Below are positions 36,113 through 47,019 of a DNA stretch of 64,000 nt, piece after piece. The notes beneath the pieces were generated by a model, which ran no database searches, was not told the DNA's origin, and was given only the letters and a program-made list of their open reading frames with translations. This DNA is from Acidimicrobiales bacterium (GTDB taxonomy: Bacteria; Actinomycetota; Acidimicrobiia; Acidimicrobiales; CADCTF01). The stretch lies in assembly GCA_046597375.1 (NCBI GenBank), contig JBKJKM010000174.1, positions 15,677 to 79,676 of the forward strand, in the 5' to 3' direction. The translations under genes were made by a program, and so were the position numbers. The stretch's first letter is position 1, and every line of letters begins with the position of its first letter.

Positions 36113-38023
36113 CTAACCCACTTCGGCCGCGGCAGCAGCAAACTGGGCGTTGTAGAGGTTCGCGTAGGCGCCGCCCAGCGCCAGAAGCTCGGTGTGGTGT
36201 CCCTGTTCGACGATCTGGCCGCCGTCCATCACCAAGATCGTGTCGGCGTCGCGGATCGTGGAGAGCCGATGGGCAATCACGAAGCTCGTCCGTTGAGACC
36301 GAAGGGCCGCCATGGCCTTCTGAATCAGCACCTCAGTGCGGGTGTCGACCGAGCTGGTGGCCTCGTCGAGGATGAGAATCGTCGGGTCGGCCAGGAACGC
36401 ACGGGCGATGGTGAGCAGCTGCTTCTCGCCGGCGCTGACCGAGGAGTCCTCGTCGTCGATGTGGGTGTCGTACCCATTGGGGAGCGAGTGCACGAACCGG
36501 TCGACGTACGTGGCGCGGGCAGCGGCCTGGATCTGCTCCTCCGTCGCCTCCGGATTGCCGTAGGCGATGTTCTCTCTGATCGTGCCACCGAAGAGCCACG
36601 TGTCCTGGAGCACCATCCCGAAGTTCGAACGCAGCTCCGACCGCGCCATCGTGGACACGTCGGCCCCGTCGAGGGTGATGCGGCCGCCGTCGAGTTCGTA
36701 GAACCGCATCAACAAGTTGACGAGGGTCGTCTTCCCCGCGCCCGTCGGGCCGACGATGGCCACGGTCTGGCCCGGCTCGGCCACGAGCGAGAGATCGGTG
36801 ATGAGCGGACGATCCGGGTCGTAGCTGAACGTGACCGACTCGAAGGCGACGCGGCCCCGCGGCGAAGGCACCGTTGCCTCGAGGACCTCGGGTGTCTGCT
36901 CCTCGGCGTCGAGGAGCTCGAAGACCCGCTCGGCCGATGCCACGCCCGATTGGAACGTGTTGACCATCGACGCCACCTGGGTGAGAGGTTGGCTGAATTG
37001 GCGTGAGTACTGGATGAACGCCTGCACCGACCCGAGGCTCATCGTGCCCGAGGCGACCCGCAGTCCGCCGATGACGGCGATCCCGACGAAATTCAGGTTG
37101 CCGATCAGCATCATCGCCGGCTGGATCACGCCGGAAATGAACTGCGCGCCGAAGCTGGCTCGGTACAGATCGTCGTTCATGGATCGGAAGCGTTCCTCGA
37201 CCTCCCGCTGCCGGCCGAACGCCTTGACGATGGCATGGCCGGTGAACGACTCCTCCACCAACCCGTTGAGCTGGCCGGTGTGGCGCCACTGGGCGATGAA
37301 GCGTGGCTTCGATCGGCCGGTGATGAACCGCATGGTGCCGAGTGAGAGCGGCACCGAGACGAGCGCCACGATGGCAAGCACTGGCGAGATGATGACCATC
37401 ATCACGAGCGTGCCGACAAGCGTGAGGATGGACGTCAGCAGCTGGCTCATCGTCTGCTGCAGGCTCATGGCGATGTTGTCGATGTCGTTGGTCACGCGGC
37501 TCAGGAGATCGCCTCGCGCGTGCTGGTCGACGTATCGGAGCGGGAGCCGGTTGAGCTTGTCCTCGACGTCGGCCCGCAGGCGGTACATGGTGCGCTGCAC
37601 GATGCCGGCGAGGAGGTAGGACTGCAGGAACCCGAGCACGGCCGACGCCACGTAGAGGCCGAGCACGACGAGCAGGACCCGGTGGAGTGCGTCGAAGTCG
37701 ATGCCGGCCCCGCCGTTGCGGCGACGAAGCAACCCGGTGATGAGGATGTCGGTCGCGTCGCCGAGCAAGCGGGGACCGAGCACCGACAAGATCACGCCGA
37801 CGAGAGCGAAGATCGCCACCACCCCGAGGCCGAGGCGGCCGCCCTCGAGGCGGCCGATCAGTCGGCGGGCAGAGGCGCCGAAGTCGCTCGACGCCTCGAC
37901 CGGCATGCCGATGCCACCCCACCGGGGCTGTCCCGCCTGCGGCGTCGGCGCCTTCGTCTCTGCCTCGGCGTGTTGCGCTTCGCTCGGCGTCGCCGTGAGT
38001 TCAGGTTCTGTCTCGGTGCTCAT
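36113..38023 (-). CDS. ABC exporter, fused permease/ATPase (type I exporter half-transporter)
   Basis: An N-terminal 6-TM domain is followed by [41 protein letters not shown] and VIAHRLST. Confidence 0.9.
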   Translation of the reverse strand: MSTETEPELTATPSEAQHAEAETKAPTPQAGQPRWGGIGMPVEASSDFGASARRLIGRLEGGRLGLGVVAIFALVGVILSVLGPRLLGDATDILITGLLRRRNGGAGIDFDALHRVLLVVLGLYVASAVLGFLQSYLLAGIVQRTMYRLRADVEDKLNRLPLRYVDQHARGDLLSRVTNDIDNIAMSLQQTMSQLLTSILTLVGTLVMMVIISPVLAIVALVSVPLSLGTMRFITGRSKPRFIAQWRHTGQLNGLVEESFTGHAIVKAFGRQREVEERFRSMNDDLYRASFGAQFISGVIQPAMMLIGNLNFVGIAVIGGLRVASGTMSLGSVQAFIQYSRQFSQPLTQVASMVNTFQSGVASAERVFELLDAEEQTPEVLEATVPSPRGRVAFESVTFSYDPDRPLITDLSLVAEPGQTVAIVGPTGAGKTTLVNLLMRFYELDGGRITLDGADVSTMARSELRSNFGMVLQDTWLFGGTIRENIAYGNPEATEEQIQAAARATYVDRFVHSLPNGYDTHIDDEDSSVSAGEKQLLTIARAFLADPTILILDEATSSVDTRTEVLIQKAMAALRSQRTSFVIAHRLSTIRDADTILVMDGGQIVEQGHHTELLALGGAYANLYNAQFAAAAAEVG

Positions 38024-39753
38024 GCTGCGTCCTCCTGCGTCGTCTGGGACTCGACGATCTCCACGTACGTGGGACAGGTCCTGAGCAACTCCTCGTGGCG
38101 ACCGAGGCCGACGGGACGACCGTCCTCCAACACCAGAATCTGGTCAGCGCCCGAGATCGTCGACACCCGCTGGCCGACCACGAGGACGGTCGCGTTCCGT
38201 GTGTAAGGGACGAGCGCCGCTCGTAGACGAGCATCTGTGGCCAGGTCGAGGGCGGAGAACGAATCGTCGAAGAGGTAGATGTCCGGCTGGCGTACGAGCG
38301 CCCGAGCGATGGCCAGGCGCTGCCGCTGTCCGCCCGAGACGTTCGAGCCCCCTTGGTCGATCGATGCATCGAGGCCACCGGGCATGGCCGTGACGAAGTC
38401 GGCGGCCTGGGCGACCTGCAGCGCTTTCCAGAGTTCCTCGTCGGAGGCGTCGGGCTTGCCATAGCGGAGGTTGCTCGCCACCGTGCCCGAGAAGAGGTAC
38501 GGCCTCTGAGGGACGAGGCCGATGCGGGTCCATAGGAGGTGCGGGTCGAGCTCTCGCACGTCGACGCCACCGACCAAGACGGATCCGGCGGTGACGTCCA
38601 CCAGGCGAGCGACCAGGTTGATGAGCGTCGTCTTGCCCGAGCCCGTGCTGCCGATGATCGCCGTCGTCTGCCCGGCCAGCGATCGGAGCGAGACGCCGCT
38701 GAGCACGGGCTCCTCGGCTCCTGGGTAGCCGAACGTCACGTCCCGGAGTTCGAGCGTGCCGCGGGTGCGCAGCTCGGCGACGGCATTGGGCGCCGCCGTG
38801 ACCGACGACGCCGTGTCGAGCACTTCCTGGATCCGCTCGGCCGACACGGCCGCGCGCGGTGCCATGAAGGCGACCCAGCTGGCCATCATGACGGCGAAGA
38901 GAATCACGGTGAAGTAGGTGAGAAAGGCGACGAGCGAGCCGATCGTCATGTCGCCGGCGGCCACGCGATCGCCGCCGAACCAGATCACGGCACCACACGA
39001 CACATTGATGATCAGCAGCACCGTCGGGAACATGAACGACATCAGCCGGCCCGCCGTCAGGGAGGTGTCGGTGACCAGCTGATTGACCTCGCCGAAACGC
39101 TCGGCTTCGAGCGGCTCGCGCACGAACGCCCGCACGACCCGCATCCCGGCGATCTGCTCACGAAGGACACGGTTGATCCCGTCGACGCGTTCCTGCATGA
39201 GCCGGAACGTCGGCACCATGCGCGTCACGATGAGGCTCAGGCTCCCCGCCAGCAGCACGAGGGCGACGCCCAGCAGCCAGGTCAGACCGGCGTCCTGACG
39301 CAGCGCCATGATCACGCCGCCGACGATGGTGATCGGCGCCGCCAGGAGCATGGTGCAGGACATGGCCACCAACAGCTGCACCTGCTGCACGTCGTTGGTG
39401 ATCCGGGTGATGAGCGACGGTGCGCCGAACACATTGACCTCGCGCGCCGAGAAGTCCGTCACCTGATGGAAGAGGGCGTTGCGGACATCGCGCCCGAAGC
39501 CCATGGCCGCCCGCGAGCCGTAGTACACGGCAGCGATGTTGAAGGTGATCTGGATCACCGTGACGAGCAGCATGAAGCCGCCGGTGCGCCAGATGAAGTC
39601 GGTGTCGCCGGGAATGATGCCCCTGTCGATGATGTCGGCGTTGAGGCTCGGGAGGTAGAGCGAGGCGACGGCCTGCACGCTTTGGAGCACGATGACGGCG
39701 ATCAGCAAGTTGCGGTACTTGCCGAGGAACGTCCGGAGGAGGCGGATCAGCAC
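38020..39753 (-). CDS. ABC exporter, fused permease/ATPase (partner half-transporter)
   Basis: [41 protein letters not shown] and VVGQRVST. The stop overlaps the downstream partner's start codon by 4 nt (38020-38023), so a heterodimer is likely. Confidence 0.9.
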   Translation of the reverse strand: MLIRLLRTFLGKYRNLLIAVIVLQSVQAVASLYLPSLNADIIDRGIIPGDTDFIWRTGGFMLLVTVIQITFNIAAVYYGSRAAMGFGRDVRNALFHQVTDFSAREVNVFGAPSLITRITNDVQQVQLLVAMSCTMLLAAPITIVGGVIMALRQDAGLTWLLGVALVLLAGSLSLIVTRMVPTFRLMQERVDGINRVLREQIAGMRVVRAFVREPLEAERFGEVNQLVTDTSLTAGRLMSFMFPTVLLIINVSCGAVIWFGGDRVAAGDMTIGSLVAFLTYFTVILFAVMMASWVAFMAPRAAVSAERIQEVLDTASSVTAAPNAVAELRTRGTLELRDVTFGYPGAEEPVLSGVSLRSLAGQTTAIIGSTGSGKTTLINLVARLVDVTAGSVLVGGVDVRELDPHLLWTRIGLVPQRPYLFSGTVASNLRYGKPDASDEELWKALQVAQAADFVTAMPGGLDASIDQGGSNVSGGQRQRLAIARALVRQPDIYLFDDSFSALDLATDARLRAALVPYTRNATVLVVGQRVSTISGADQILVLEDGRPVGLGRHEELLRTCPTYVEIVESQTTQEDAA

Positions 39754-40349
39754 GAGTTCCCTCGCTTCGTTCGGGGTCGGCGGATGCCGTCGAGCAGGAG
39801 GCTCACGATCTCCGTCGGGGACAGGGGTTCATCGGCGTAGAGCGCCGGATGGCTCACGGCCAGCGTCAGGGCCAGCAACTGCCGGGCGGCGATGGCCGGT
39901 TCGTGTCGAACGACGGCTTCGTGGCCTTCGAAGAGTTCGGCGAGGGCGACGAAGTCGGGCGGAGGAGTCCGCTTCCGATCCTTGACGGCTTCGGACTCGC
40001 CGACCGTGGTCACCAGCCGCCAGATGTCCTTGAGGCGGCGCTGCATGATCTCGACGGCATCGACGAGCTGGTCCTCGAATGCCTGGGTACGGTCGATGGC
40101 GGCCAGGGCCCGTTCCGTCGGCGCCGTGTCGAAGGCCAGGTCGACCGCCGCCCGCAGCACGGCTTCTTTGTCGGCAAAGACCCGGAAGATGGTGCCCTCG
40201 GCGATGCCAGCGGCCTCGGCGATCTGTCGGGTCGTGACCGCCGGACCGCGCTCGAGCAGCAACGGCAGCGTGGCGGCCACGATGGCCGCTCGTCGCTCGT
40301 CGGGCGGGAGGGCGGCCGCTCGCGTCGAGCGTTGGAGGATCGTCGACAT
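39747..40349 (-). CDS. TetR/AcrR family transcriptional regulator (first gene of the ABC exporter operon)
   Basis: ATG 40349 is preceded by GAAGGG. RRAAIVAATLPLLLERGPAVTTRQIAEAAGIAEGTIFRVFADK is a TetR HTH. The stop overlaps the next start by 7 nt. Confidence 0.85.
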   Translation of the reverse strand: MSTILQRSTRAAALPPDERRAAIVAATLPLLLERGPAVTTRQIAEAAGIAEGTIFRVFADKEAVLRAAVDLAFDTAPTERALAAIDRTQAFEDQLVDAVEIMQRRLKDIWRLVTTVGESEAVKDRKRTPPPDFVALAELFEGHEAVVRHEPAIAARQLLALTLAVSHPALYADEPLSPTEIVSLLLDGIRRPRTKRGNSC

Positions 40350-40364
40350 GCCCTTCAACCTACC

Positions 40365-40382
40365 TGAGTGAGTGCTCACTCA
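40365..40382. promoter_or_regulatory. Perfect 8-2-8 palindrome upstream of the TetR gene (candidate autoregulatory operator)
   Basis: TGAGTGAG-TG-CTCACTCA lies 16 nt upstream of ATG 40349. Confidence 0.45.
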
Positions 40383-40524
40383 TGCAGTCGTGCGGCACGG
40401 CACGTTGGGGTTGCCGTTCCGGTCGTCAAACGGCACTGACGTTGCCCTTGAGGCCGCCGGAAGGGCAACACCAACGTCGATGGAGAGGCTCGTCGGCGAC
40501 TGTTCTTTGCCCGAGTCGGACTAC

Positions 40525-40977
40525 TCAGCGGGACAGGTCGCTCCGTCGATGGTCGTCGAGGTGACGGACCACCTGATCGAAGTAGTCGGCGTGCATCGTG
40601 GCTTCCTCGTCGGTGACGGAGCCGAGGAAGACACGGAGATCGGCCGCTGCGGCGCGGAGACGTTCGAGGACGACGTCGGCCGATTGCTGGCGAGCCCAGA
40701 GCGCCTCCCGGGCGTTGTGGGTGTCGGCATCTGGCCAGTCGCCGTCTCTGGCGGCGTAGCCGCTCGGGAACGTGATGGCGAAGGCCGACGGGTCGCCGCG
40801 GAACGCCCCCGACACGAAGGCCGGCACGGTCTCGAGCCAGAAAGCAACGTGGGCGAGCATCTCCTTGGTCTGCCACCCTGCGAGGAGTTCGTCCTCCGAC
40901 AACCCGCCGTCGAGTGCTTCCGCGAACCGTCGCCACGCCTCGTCGATCACCGCACGAAGGTCAGACGAGGTGGCCAC
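40525..40977 (-). CDS. DinB-fold / mycothiol maleylpyruvate isomerase N-terminal domain-like protein
   Basis: WQTKEMLAHVAFWLETV and C-terminal DYFDQVVRHLDDH show a helical-bundle His pattern resembling the DinB superfamily. The assignment is tentative. Confidence 0.6.
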   Translation of the reverse strand: MATSSDLRAVIDEAWRRFAEALDGGLSEDELLAGWQTKEMLAHVAFWLETVPAFVSGAFRGDPSAFAITFPSGYAARDGDWPDADTHNAREALWARQQSADVVLERLRAAAADLRVFLGSVTDEEATMHADYFDQVVRHLDDHRRSDLSR

Positions 40978-40979
40978 CG

Positions 40980-41435
40980 TCAGCGACCGCCGCGTCGACC
41001 GGTGGGCCGAGGGCGCTCTTCACGCTCGACCCCGAGCCGGTCGAGTTGATGAGTCACCACGGCGACGACGGCGTCGACCCGCGCATCGGGACGCTCGCCA
41101 ACGCCATCCACCGCCCATTCGGCGAGATCGTCCGCCAGCGAGTCGAGTTCGAGCAACGCGCGGAGCACGCCGACCATCACGACGTCCTCATCGCTCGGAT
41201 CGCTGTCGGCCATCACCATCTTCCAGATGTCCGGACCCTCGCGTTCGAACCGCTTCGCGTGGGGGTGGAGCGCCGACTCGATCCTCCGGACGAGCTCGAT
41301 GACGGCGCTGGCTCGCTGCGGCTGCGGTTGGGCGTAGCGAGTCAACGCCGCCCGCAGACTCCATTGCTGCGCTCGGGGTCGCTCGGCCGCGTCGAGCAAC
41401 TGGGCCAGTGCGATCGGTGCGACCTCGGCCACCAT
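40980..41435 (-). CDS. Hypothetical protein
   Basis: Third positions are G/C-rich throughout, and the stop lies 2 nt before the downstream GTG start. No family is recognised. Confidence 0.5.
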   Translation of the reverse strand: MVAEVAPIALAQLLDAAERPRAQQWSLRAALTRYAQPQPQRASAVIELVRRIESALHPHAKRFEREGPDIWKMVMADSDPSDEDVVMVGVLRALLELDSLADDLAEWAVDGVGERPDARVDAVVAVVTHQLDRLGVEREERPRPTGRRGGR

Positions 41436-41470
41436 GGCGTCTCAGCGTACGACGCCTCCGGGCCCTGGCC

Positions 41471-41887
41471 ATGCTGGTATCGGCGGGGCAGACTCAGGGC
41501 GTGTCGATCCAGCTCAACCACACGATCATCCCGGCTCGCAACGGCGAGGTGTCGGCCAGGTGGTTCAGCGAGCTGTTCAGCATGCCGGAGCCGACGCCCT
41601 TCGGTCCCTTCTGGCAGGTGACCATGGCCAACGACGTCGACCTCGACTTCGACTCCCGTGGCGACGACCAGGGCCCGTTCACGCTTCAGCACTACGCCTT
41701 CCTCGTCGGCGAGGAGGACTTCGACAGCATCTACCGGCGCATCCGCGAGCGAGGCCACGACCACTGGGCCGACCCCGCCCGCACGAAGGCCGGCGCGATC
41801 AACGAGCACGATGGCGGACGGGGTGTCTACTTCCCGAGCAACGACGACCACCTGCTCGAGATCATCACCCGCCCCTACGGCGGCTGA
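41471..41887 (+). CDS. VOC (glyoxalase/bleomycin resistance/dioxygenase) family protein
   Basis: LNHTIIPARNGEVSARWFSELF...HYAFLVGEEDFDSIYRRIRERG...GGRGVYFPSNDDHLLEIIT is the VOC beta-alpha-beta3 pattern. The start is taken at ATG 41471. Confidence 0.75.
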   Translation: MLVSAGQTQGVSIQLNHTIIPARNGEVSARWFSELFSMPEPTPFGPFWQVTMANDVDLDFDSRGDDQGPFTLQHYAFLVGEEDFDSIYRRIRERGHDHWADPARTKAGAINEHDGGRGVYFPSNDDHLLEIITRPYGG

Positions 41888-41902
41888 CGCGGTCGACGTC
41901 GA

Positions 41903-42883
41903 TCAGAGACACCGGCCGGCGACCTCGAGGAACGCCAGGCCGCCCTCGCCGTCGAACTCGCGCAGGTTGGCCAGGCCGGTCGACACCCGCTCGATGAAGC
42001 CCCACTGCAACACCGGTTCAGGATCGATTCCGCAGGGCGCGGCGAGACTCTCCGCCCGTTCCCGTACGAGACGGACCGTATCCCCCGCCAGCAAAGGCTC
42101 GTTGTACTCCCGCATCGGAACACTCAAGTCGTGGGCCGGCTCGGAGCGCAGGCCCTCGGGGTCGACGAACTTGAAGGAGCCATCGCCGGCATCAACCGTG
42201 TTCCATCCGTGGGCATCACCGTGCACCAACACCGCATGCTCCGGGTCGAAGGCGCCAGCTCGCGCGTCGCAGTACGACACGGCGTGGTCGATCACCGCTC
42301 TCGGGCAGGGCCGACCCAGCTCATCCCACGTCCGGGTGATGTACTCGACGAGCCAGGCCGCCTTGTCGGCCCCGGTCGGCAGGCCACAATCTGCGGGTGC
42401 CGGTCGCCAGAACGTACGCAGGGTCGCTCCAATGGCGTCGAGAACCAGCGGGAGCGGCCGGCCGAGGTCGGCCAGGTTCGGCCCGAGGCGTTCGAGCAAC
42501 ATCGCGTACGCCGCATCATCGTGGGCCAGGAGCTCGACGCAACCAGAACCGTCCGCCAGGCGATGGACGGTCACGCTCCGGTGGAACGCCTCCTGGCCCT
42601 CGAGATCCAACGGCATGGCTACTTTGAGCACGCAGTCGCGACCGACGCCATCAGTGGCTGAGGCCACGAACGAAGCGGTGCCACCGTGCATCGTCGAGCC
42701 AAGTTCGAGGTCCCACTGCGCCATCAGGGTGAGAACGACCTCCGGGAGCTCGTCGAGCCACGTTCGTCCGGCGGCGCCGTTGGCCCGCGCTCGCTGCTGC
42801 ACGCGCGCAGGAATGACGAGAGGTGACGGCACGATCGGCTCAGTTGGTTGCGGCAAGAGAAGGACCCGCCCGGAGATGGTCAT
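41903..42883 (-). CDS. Aminoglycoside/streptomycin phosphotransferase-like kinase (APH family)
   Basis: ATG 42883 is in frame in the 41903..43084 ORF. VLVHGDAHGWNTV (Brenner HxDxxxxN) and FKFVDPEGLRSEPAHDL (DxD region). Confidence 0.8.
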   Translation of the reverse strand: MTISGRVLLLPQPTEPIVPSPLVIPARVQQRARANGAAGRTWLDELPEVVLTLMAQWDLELGSTMHGGTASFVASATDGVGRDCVLKVAMPLDLEGQEAFHRSVTVHRLADGSGCVELLAHDDAAYAMLLERLGPNLADLGRPLPLVLDAIGATLRTFWRPAPADCGLPTGADKAAWLVEYITRTWDELGRPCPRAVIDHAVSYCDARAGAFDPEHAVLVHGDAHGWNTVDAGDGSFKFVDPEGLRSEPAHDLSVPMREYNEPLLAGDTVRLVRERAESLAAPCGIDPEPVLQWGFIERVSTGLANLREFDGEGGLAFLEVAGRCL

Positions 42884-42977
42884 CCGGACGGGATCGCCGC
42901 CACACCTTTTCCACCAAGCCCCGGAACACGATCCTCCTCGTTCAGCCGGCGGCGACGATAGCGGGGAGACTGCGGGA

Positions 42978-43467
42978 ATGGACGCGTGCCGAACGTGCGA
43001 ACTGGTCGATCGCCGCGATCGAGGGATGGCACCTCGCTGGGACAACATCTGGCGCACCTCGCTGGGACAACATCTGGCGCACACCGTCGTGGGACGTCGT
43101 CCACTGCGACGCCACGTCGGTCGAGGGTTGGCTCGTTCTCGCGACGCGGGAGCACCGGAGCGCCATCGCCGACGTCGATGACGCCGCCATGCTCGAGCTC
43201 GGAACGCTTCTGAAACGTGCCTCGCGCGCGCTGCACGATTTGCTTGGGTGTGAGAAGACCTACGTGGTGCAGTTCGCGGAACACCCGCTGCACCCGCACG
43301 TGCACTTCCACGTGATCCCCCGCCACCCGAACCACAGCGACGCGCACAAGGGGCCAGCCGTCTTCGATCTCCTCGGTCTGCCAGACGACGAGTGCGTCCC
43401 CGAGGCCCGCAGGAACGAGATCAGCGAGGGGGTCGCGCCCTACTTTTCCGACGACACCAGCGCGTAG
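42978..43467 (+). pseudogene. HIT-family hydrolase disrupted by a 25-bp tandem duplication (frameshift)
   Basis: ATG 42978 gives MDACRTCELVDRRDRGMAPRWDNIWRT and then runs out of frame. The +1-shifted frame resumes at APRWDNIWRTPSWDVVHCDATSVEGWLVL...HPHVHFHVIPR (HxHxHxx HIT motif). Removing one repeat copy fuses both parts into one 154-aa ORF. Confidence 0.75.
43030..43079 (+). repeat. Perfect 25-bp direct tandem duplication inside the HIT gene
   Basis: CACCTCGCTGGGACAACATCTGGCG occurs at 43030-43054 and again at 43055-43079. It is flanked by the shared G...CAC microhomology (43029 and 43080-43082). Confidence 0.95.
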
Positions 43468-43658
43468 CCGGCCTCGTCGATGGCGGCGGCAACGGTCTCT
43501 TGATCCAAGGGTGCGTTGCTGGAGACGGTAGCTCGGCCCGAGTCGAGGTCGACGCTGACCTCGGTGACACCCTCGATGGCCGAGAGCTCCGTGGTGACGG
43601 CGTTGACACAGTGACCGCAGGTCATGCCGGTGACGGTGTAGGTGGTAGAGGTGCTCAT
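43440..43658 (-). CDS. copZ: Copper chaperone CopZ (heavy-metal-associated domain)
   Basis: MSTSTTYTVTGMTCGHCVNAVTTEL carries the MxCxxC motif. The protein is 72 aa and lies downstream of copA. Confidence 0.85.
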   Translation of the reverse strand: MSTSTTYTVTGMTCGHCVNAVTTELSAIEGVTEVSVDLDSGRATVSSNAPLDQETVAAAIDEAGYALVSSEK

Positions 43659-43714
43659 GGCAAGCTTCGCTTTCGTTCCGAGGACGTCAGGTGACGTCGG
43701 GACAAGAGTGGACT

Positions 43715-45928
43715 TCAACCTGCGACTCGCCGCCGCCCGAAACGGGCCAGACGGAGACTGTTGGTGACGACCGAGACGCTCGAGAAGCCCATTGCGGCAC
43801 CGGCCAGGATCGGGTTGAGGAGCCCGAGCGCAGCCACTGGGATGAGCACCACGTTGTAGCCGAAGGCCCACGCGAGGTTCTGCAGGATCGTGCGGAACGT
43901 TCGTCTCGAAAGCTGAATGGCCGTGGCGACCCCGGCGAGGTCGGCCGAGAGCAGGGTGATGTCGGACGACTGGATGGCGACGTCGGTCCCGGTGCCGATG
44001 GCGATGCCGAGATCGGCCTGAACGAGGGCGGGAGCATCGTTCACGCCGTCGCCGACCATCGCAACGACCTTTCCCTCGTGCTGCAGGCGGCGCACCTCGT
44101 CGACCTTGTCGGCGGGAAGCACCTCGGCCAACACGCGACCGATGCCCACCTGGGCGGCCACGGCTTCGGCGGTACGGCGGTTGTCGCCGGTGATCATCAC
44201 GACGTCGATGCCCATCGCCCGGAGCCTGGCCACGGCGCCAGGAGCGTCGTCGCGCATCGTGTCGGCAACGGCGAGCACGCCGCGGACCTGGCCGTCCCAA
44301 CCGGCGAAGACGGCCGTCTTTCCTTCGCCCTCGAGCTCGGCCGCCGCCGCTTCGAGCTCGGCCGGCAGGACAAGCCCGGCTTCGGCCATCAGCTTTCGCC
44401 GCCCGACATGGACGTCGAGGCCGTCGATCGTGGCCCGGACCCCGTGACCGGCGACCGACGTGAAGTCGACTGCCGTCGGCAGATTCGGGGTGCGAAGGCG
44501 GGCGCCGTCGACGACGGCCCGTCCGACGGGATGCTCCGAGCCTTGTTCGGCGGAACCCGCTCTGGCCAACAGTGCGGCCTCGTCCGTACCCGCCCCTGGG
44601 TGGACGTCGGTGAGCGACATCTGCCCCTTGGTGAGCGTTCCGGTCTTGTCGAAGACGACGGTGTCGACCTTCTTCGAACGCTCGAGGACTTCGCCTCCCT
44701 TGATGAGCACGCCCATGGCCGCGCCGCGACCAGTCCCCACCAGGATGGCCGTCGGCGTCGCAAGGCCGAGAGCGCACGGGCAAGCGATGATGAGTACGGC
44801 CACGGCGCTGATCAAGCCTCGGGTTGCGTCACCTGACAGCGCCCACCCGAGGAACGTGACCGCCGCCAACACGAGGACAACCGGGACGAAGACGCCGGCG
44901 ATCCGGTCGGCGAGTTGCTGCACGGGGGCCTTGGTCCCCTGGGCCTCCTCGACCAGCTTCACGATCTGGGCGAGCGCCGTGTCGGTGCCGACGGCGGTCG
45001 CCTCGATCGTCAAGACGCCTTGGGCGTTGATGGTCGCACCGGCGACCTTGTCACCCGGAACCTTGTCGACCGGGACGGACTCCCCCGTCAACATCGACTC
45101 ATCCACGGCCGATGAACCGTCGACGACCCGACCGTCGACCGGGACCTTTTCGCCCGGACGGACACGCAGTCGATCTCCGACGCGTACATCCTCGACCGGG
45201 ACCATCCTCTCCTCCCCGTCGACGACGGTACGAGCCTCCTTGGCGCCGAGTTCGAGGAGCGAGCGGATGGCGCTCGATGCGCGGCCCTTGGCTCTCGCCT
45301 CGAAATACCGGCCGAGCAACAAGAAGGCGATGATCAGCGCCGCGGTGTCGAAGTAGTGGTCGGAGTGACGGTGGCTGAACACGACCTGATAGGTCGAGAA
45401 CGCGAAGGCGGCCAGCGTGCCGATGGCGATGAGGGTGTCCATGTTCGCCTGGCGAACTCGGGCCCTCGCCACGGCCTGGCGGAGAAACGGCCACCCGGCC
45501 CAGAACTGGATGGGCGTGGTCAGGACGAGGGCGCTGAAACGGGCCCACGGCTCCATCATCCAGAACAGCGACAAGACGAGGACGACCAGGCCGAGGGGCC
45601 AAGCAACCAGTACCCGACGGAGCCACATGGCTTGCAAGGCGGCCTCGCCGGCGCCGGCGTCGTCTTCGGACTCGGGACTGACGGGGGCCAGCCCGTACCC
45701 GGCCTTCCCCACTGCGGCGATGAGCTGTTGGGTCGACACCGCACCGGGATCGAAGGCGACGATGGCCTTCGTGGTCGCAAGGTTGACTGCCACCTCGGTG
45801 ACGCCGTCTTGGCGAGTGAGAACCTTCTCCACCCGGGCCGCGCACGACCCGCAGGTCATGCCGGTGATGGTGAACTCCATCTCGGTGCCGGCCTCAACTC
45901 CGGTGCGTCCCACGTTCGTCGCGGTCAT
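43715..45928 (-). CDS. copA: Copper-translocating P1B-type ATPase
   Basis: N-terminal [17 protein letters not shown] motif ([12 protein letters not shown]), [17 protein letters not shown], and HP in SEHPVGRA. Confidence 0.95.
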   Translation of the reverse strand: MTATNVGRTGVEAGTEMEFTITGMTCGSCAARVEKVLTRQDGVTEVAVNLATTKAIVAFDPGAVSTQQLIAAVGKAGYGLAPVSPESEDDAGAGEAALQAMWLRRVLVAWPLGLVVLVLSLFWMMEPWARFSALVLTTPIQFWAGWPFLRQAVARARVRQANMDTLIAIGTLAAFAFSTYQVVFSHRHSDHYFDTAALIIAFLLLGRYFEARAKGRASSAIRSLLELGAKEARTVVDGEERMVPVEDVRVGDRLRVRPGEKVPVDGRVVDGSSAVDESMLTGESVPVDKVPGDKVAGATINAQGVLTIEATAVGTDTALAQIVKLVEEAQGTKAPVQQLADRIAGVFVPVVLVLAAVTFLGWALSGDATRGLISAVAVLIIACPCALGLATPTAILVGTGRGAAMGVLIKGGEVLERSKKVDTVVFDKTGTLTKGQMSLTDVHPGAGTDEAALLARAGSAEQGSEHPVGRAVVDGARLRTPNLPTAVDFTSVAGHGVRATIDGLDVHVGRRKLMAEAGLVLPAELEAAAAELEGEGKTAVFAGWDGQVRGVLAVADTMRDDAPGAVARLRAMGIDVVMITGDNRRTAEAVAAQVGIGRVLAEVLPADKVDEVRRLQHEGKVVAMVGDGVNDAPALVQADLGIAIGTGTDVAIQSSDITLLSADLAGVATAIQLSRRTFRTILQNLAWAFGYNVVLIPVAALGLLNPILAGAAMGFSSVSVVTNSLRLARFGRRRVAG

Positions 45929-46239
45929 GCTTGCTCCTCGCTCGACAGTGCCAGCTCAGGACCGGGCGCAGTAACGGTCCGGTCGTACCGCAACGCCTCC
46001 ATCAACTCCGCCACGATCTCGTCGGTGCGCCCGGCGACCATCGCGGCGGCGACGCACGTCTCGAGGTGGTTCTGCAGGACGATGCGGCTGGCCCGCTCCA
46101 ACGATCCCTGCACCGCCGAGAGCTGCTTCATGAGGTCGGGGCAGTAGGTGTCGTCCTCCACCATCCGAATGACGGCGTCGAGGTGACCCCTCGCCGTCTT
46201 CAACCGAAGCAACACCGACCGCTCGTGGACTTCCTTCAT
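45925..46239 (-). CDS. csoR: CsoR-family copper-sensing transcriptional repressor
   Basis: [51 protein letters not shown] shows the C-H-C ligand pattern of CsoR. It overlaps the copA start. Confidence 0.85.
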   Translation of the reverse strand: MKEVHERSVLLRLKTARGHLDAVIRMVEDDTYCPDLMKQLSAVQGSLERASRIVLQNHLETCVAAAMVAGRTDEIVAELMEALRYDRTVTAPGPELALSSEEQA

Positions 46240-46249
46240 GCTCCGACTC

Positions 46250-46270
46250 TACCCCACCTGGGGTGGGTAC
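46250..46270. promoter_or_regulatory. Candidate CsoR operator (G/C-tract pseudo-palindrome)
   Basis: TACCCCACCTGGGGTGGGTAC lies 11 nt upstream of the csoR start. It resembles the M. tuberculosis cso operator GTAGCCCACCCCCAGTGGGGTGGGATAC (from memory). Confidence 0.55.
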
Positions 46271-46389
46271 GCAAGGCGTGTCCACCGAATTGGGAGACTG
46301 CCCAGCCTCACCGTCCCCTGGCCTGGTGACCACTAGGTTCACCCTTTAGCCATCTCCCGATCGGCTCCACACAACCCAAGGCGGACCTT

Positions 46390-46944
46390 GTGCCCAAGAC
46401 GTTCACTCGCATCGCGCTCGGCATCCTTCTTGCGCTGGCTTTCGGCTCGGGAGCGTGCGGTGGCGGCGATTCGAACGACGGGAATGTTCCCGCCGAGGAC
46501 GCCGGGTCCGGCGACCAAACGTCCGACGACCAAGCGTCCAACAACGATGGTGACGACTCGAAGGACGACACCGGCAAGGTGGAGATCCCGAAGGAAGTGT
46601 GCGACATCCTCTCGGCCGAAGAGGTCGGCGCCGTCGTTGGAACGGTGACGTCGAAGCCCGGGCCGCAAGGATCATGCACGTACGACAGCGAAGCCCGAGA
46701 CGGTCTCTTTCCGACGATCTACCTCAAGGACGCGGCGGATTTCGCCATCAAGGGCATCGGTCAGCCGTTCGAGATTGACGGCAACCCTGGGTACGTCAGC
46801 GCCGTCGCCGAGTCCACCCAGGTGCAGCACGGCGTTCTCATCGTGGATGGCATTTACATCGAAGTCGTCGTGAACTCCACGGATCTTGCCGCTGCCACGC
46901 CCAAGATCAAAGAGCTCCTCACGCTGACGGCCAGCAAGCTCTAG
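46390..46944 (+). CDS. Lipoprotein with acidic low-complexity linker (DUF3558-like, tentative)
   Basis: Lipobox LAFGSGAC, an Asp/Ser/Asn-rich linker, and a globular C-terminal domain containing two Cys residues. Confidence 0.6.
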   Translation: MPKTFTRIALGILLALAFGSGACGGGDSNDGNVPAEDAGSGDQTSDDQASNNDGDDSKDDTGKVEIPKEVCDILSAEEVGAVVGTVTSKPGPQGSCTYDSEARDGLFPTIYLKDAADFAIKGIGQPFEIDGNPGYVSAVAESTQVQHGVLIVDGIYIEVVVNSTDLAAATPKIKELLTLTASKL

Positions 46945-47019
46945 ACCCTCGACGCTCTTGCGACGATCATCGTCGGCACGGCGAAAGGAGTTCGCGGCAG
47001 CGAGCGTCGTCCGAGGAAC

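Noticed and set aside
46961-46975. The small palindrome CGACGAT-C-ATCGTCG between the convergent lipoprotein and SGNH-like genes, as a bidirectional terminator.
   Set aside because: It is plausible, but the stem is only 7 bp with a 1-nt centre and has no U-tract. It is too weak to list as a feature.
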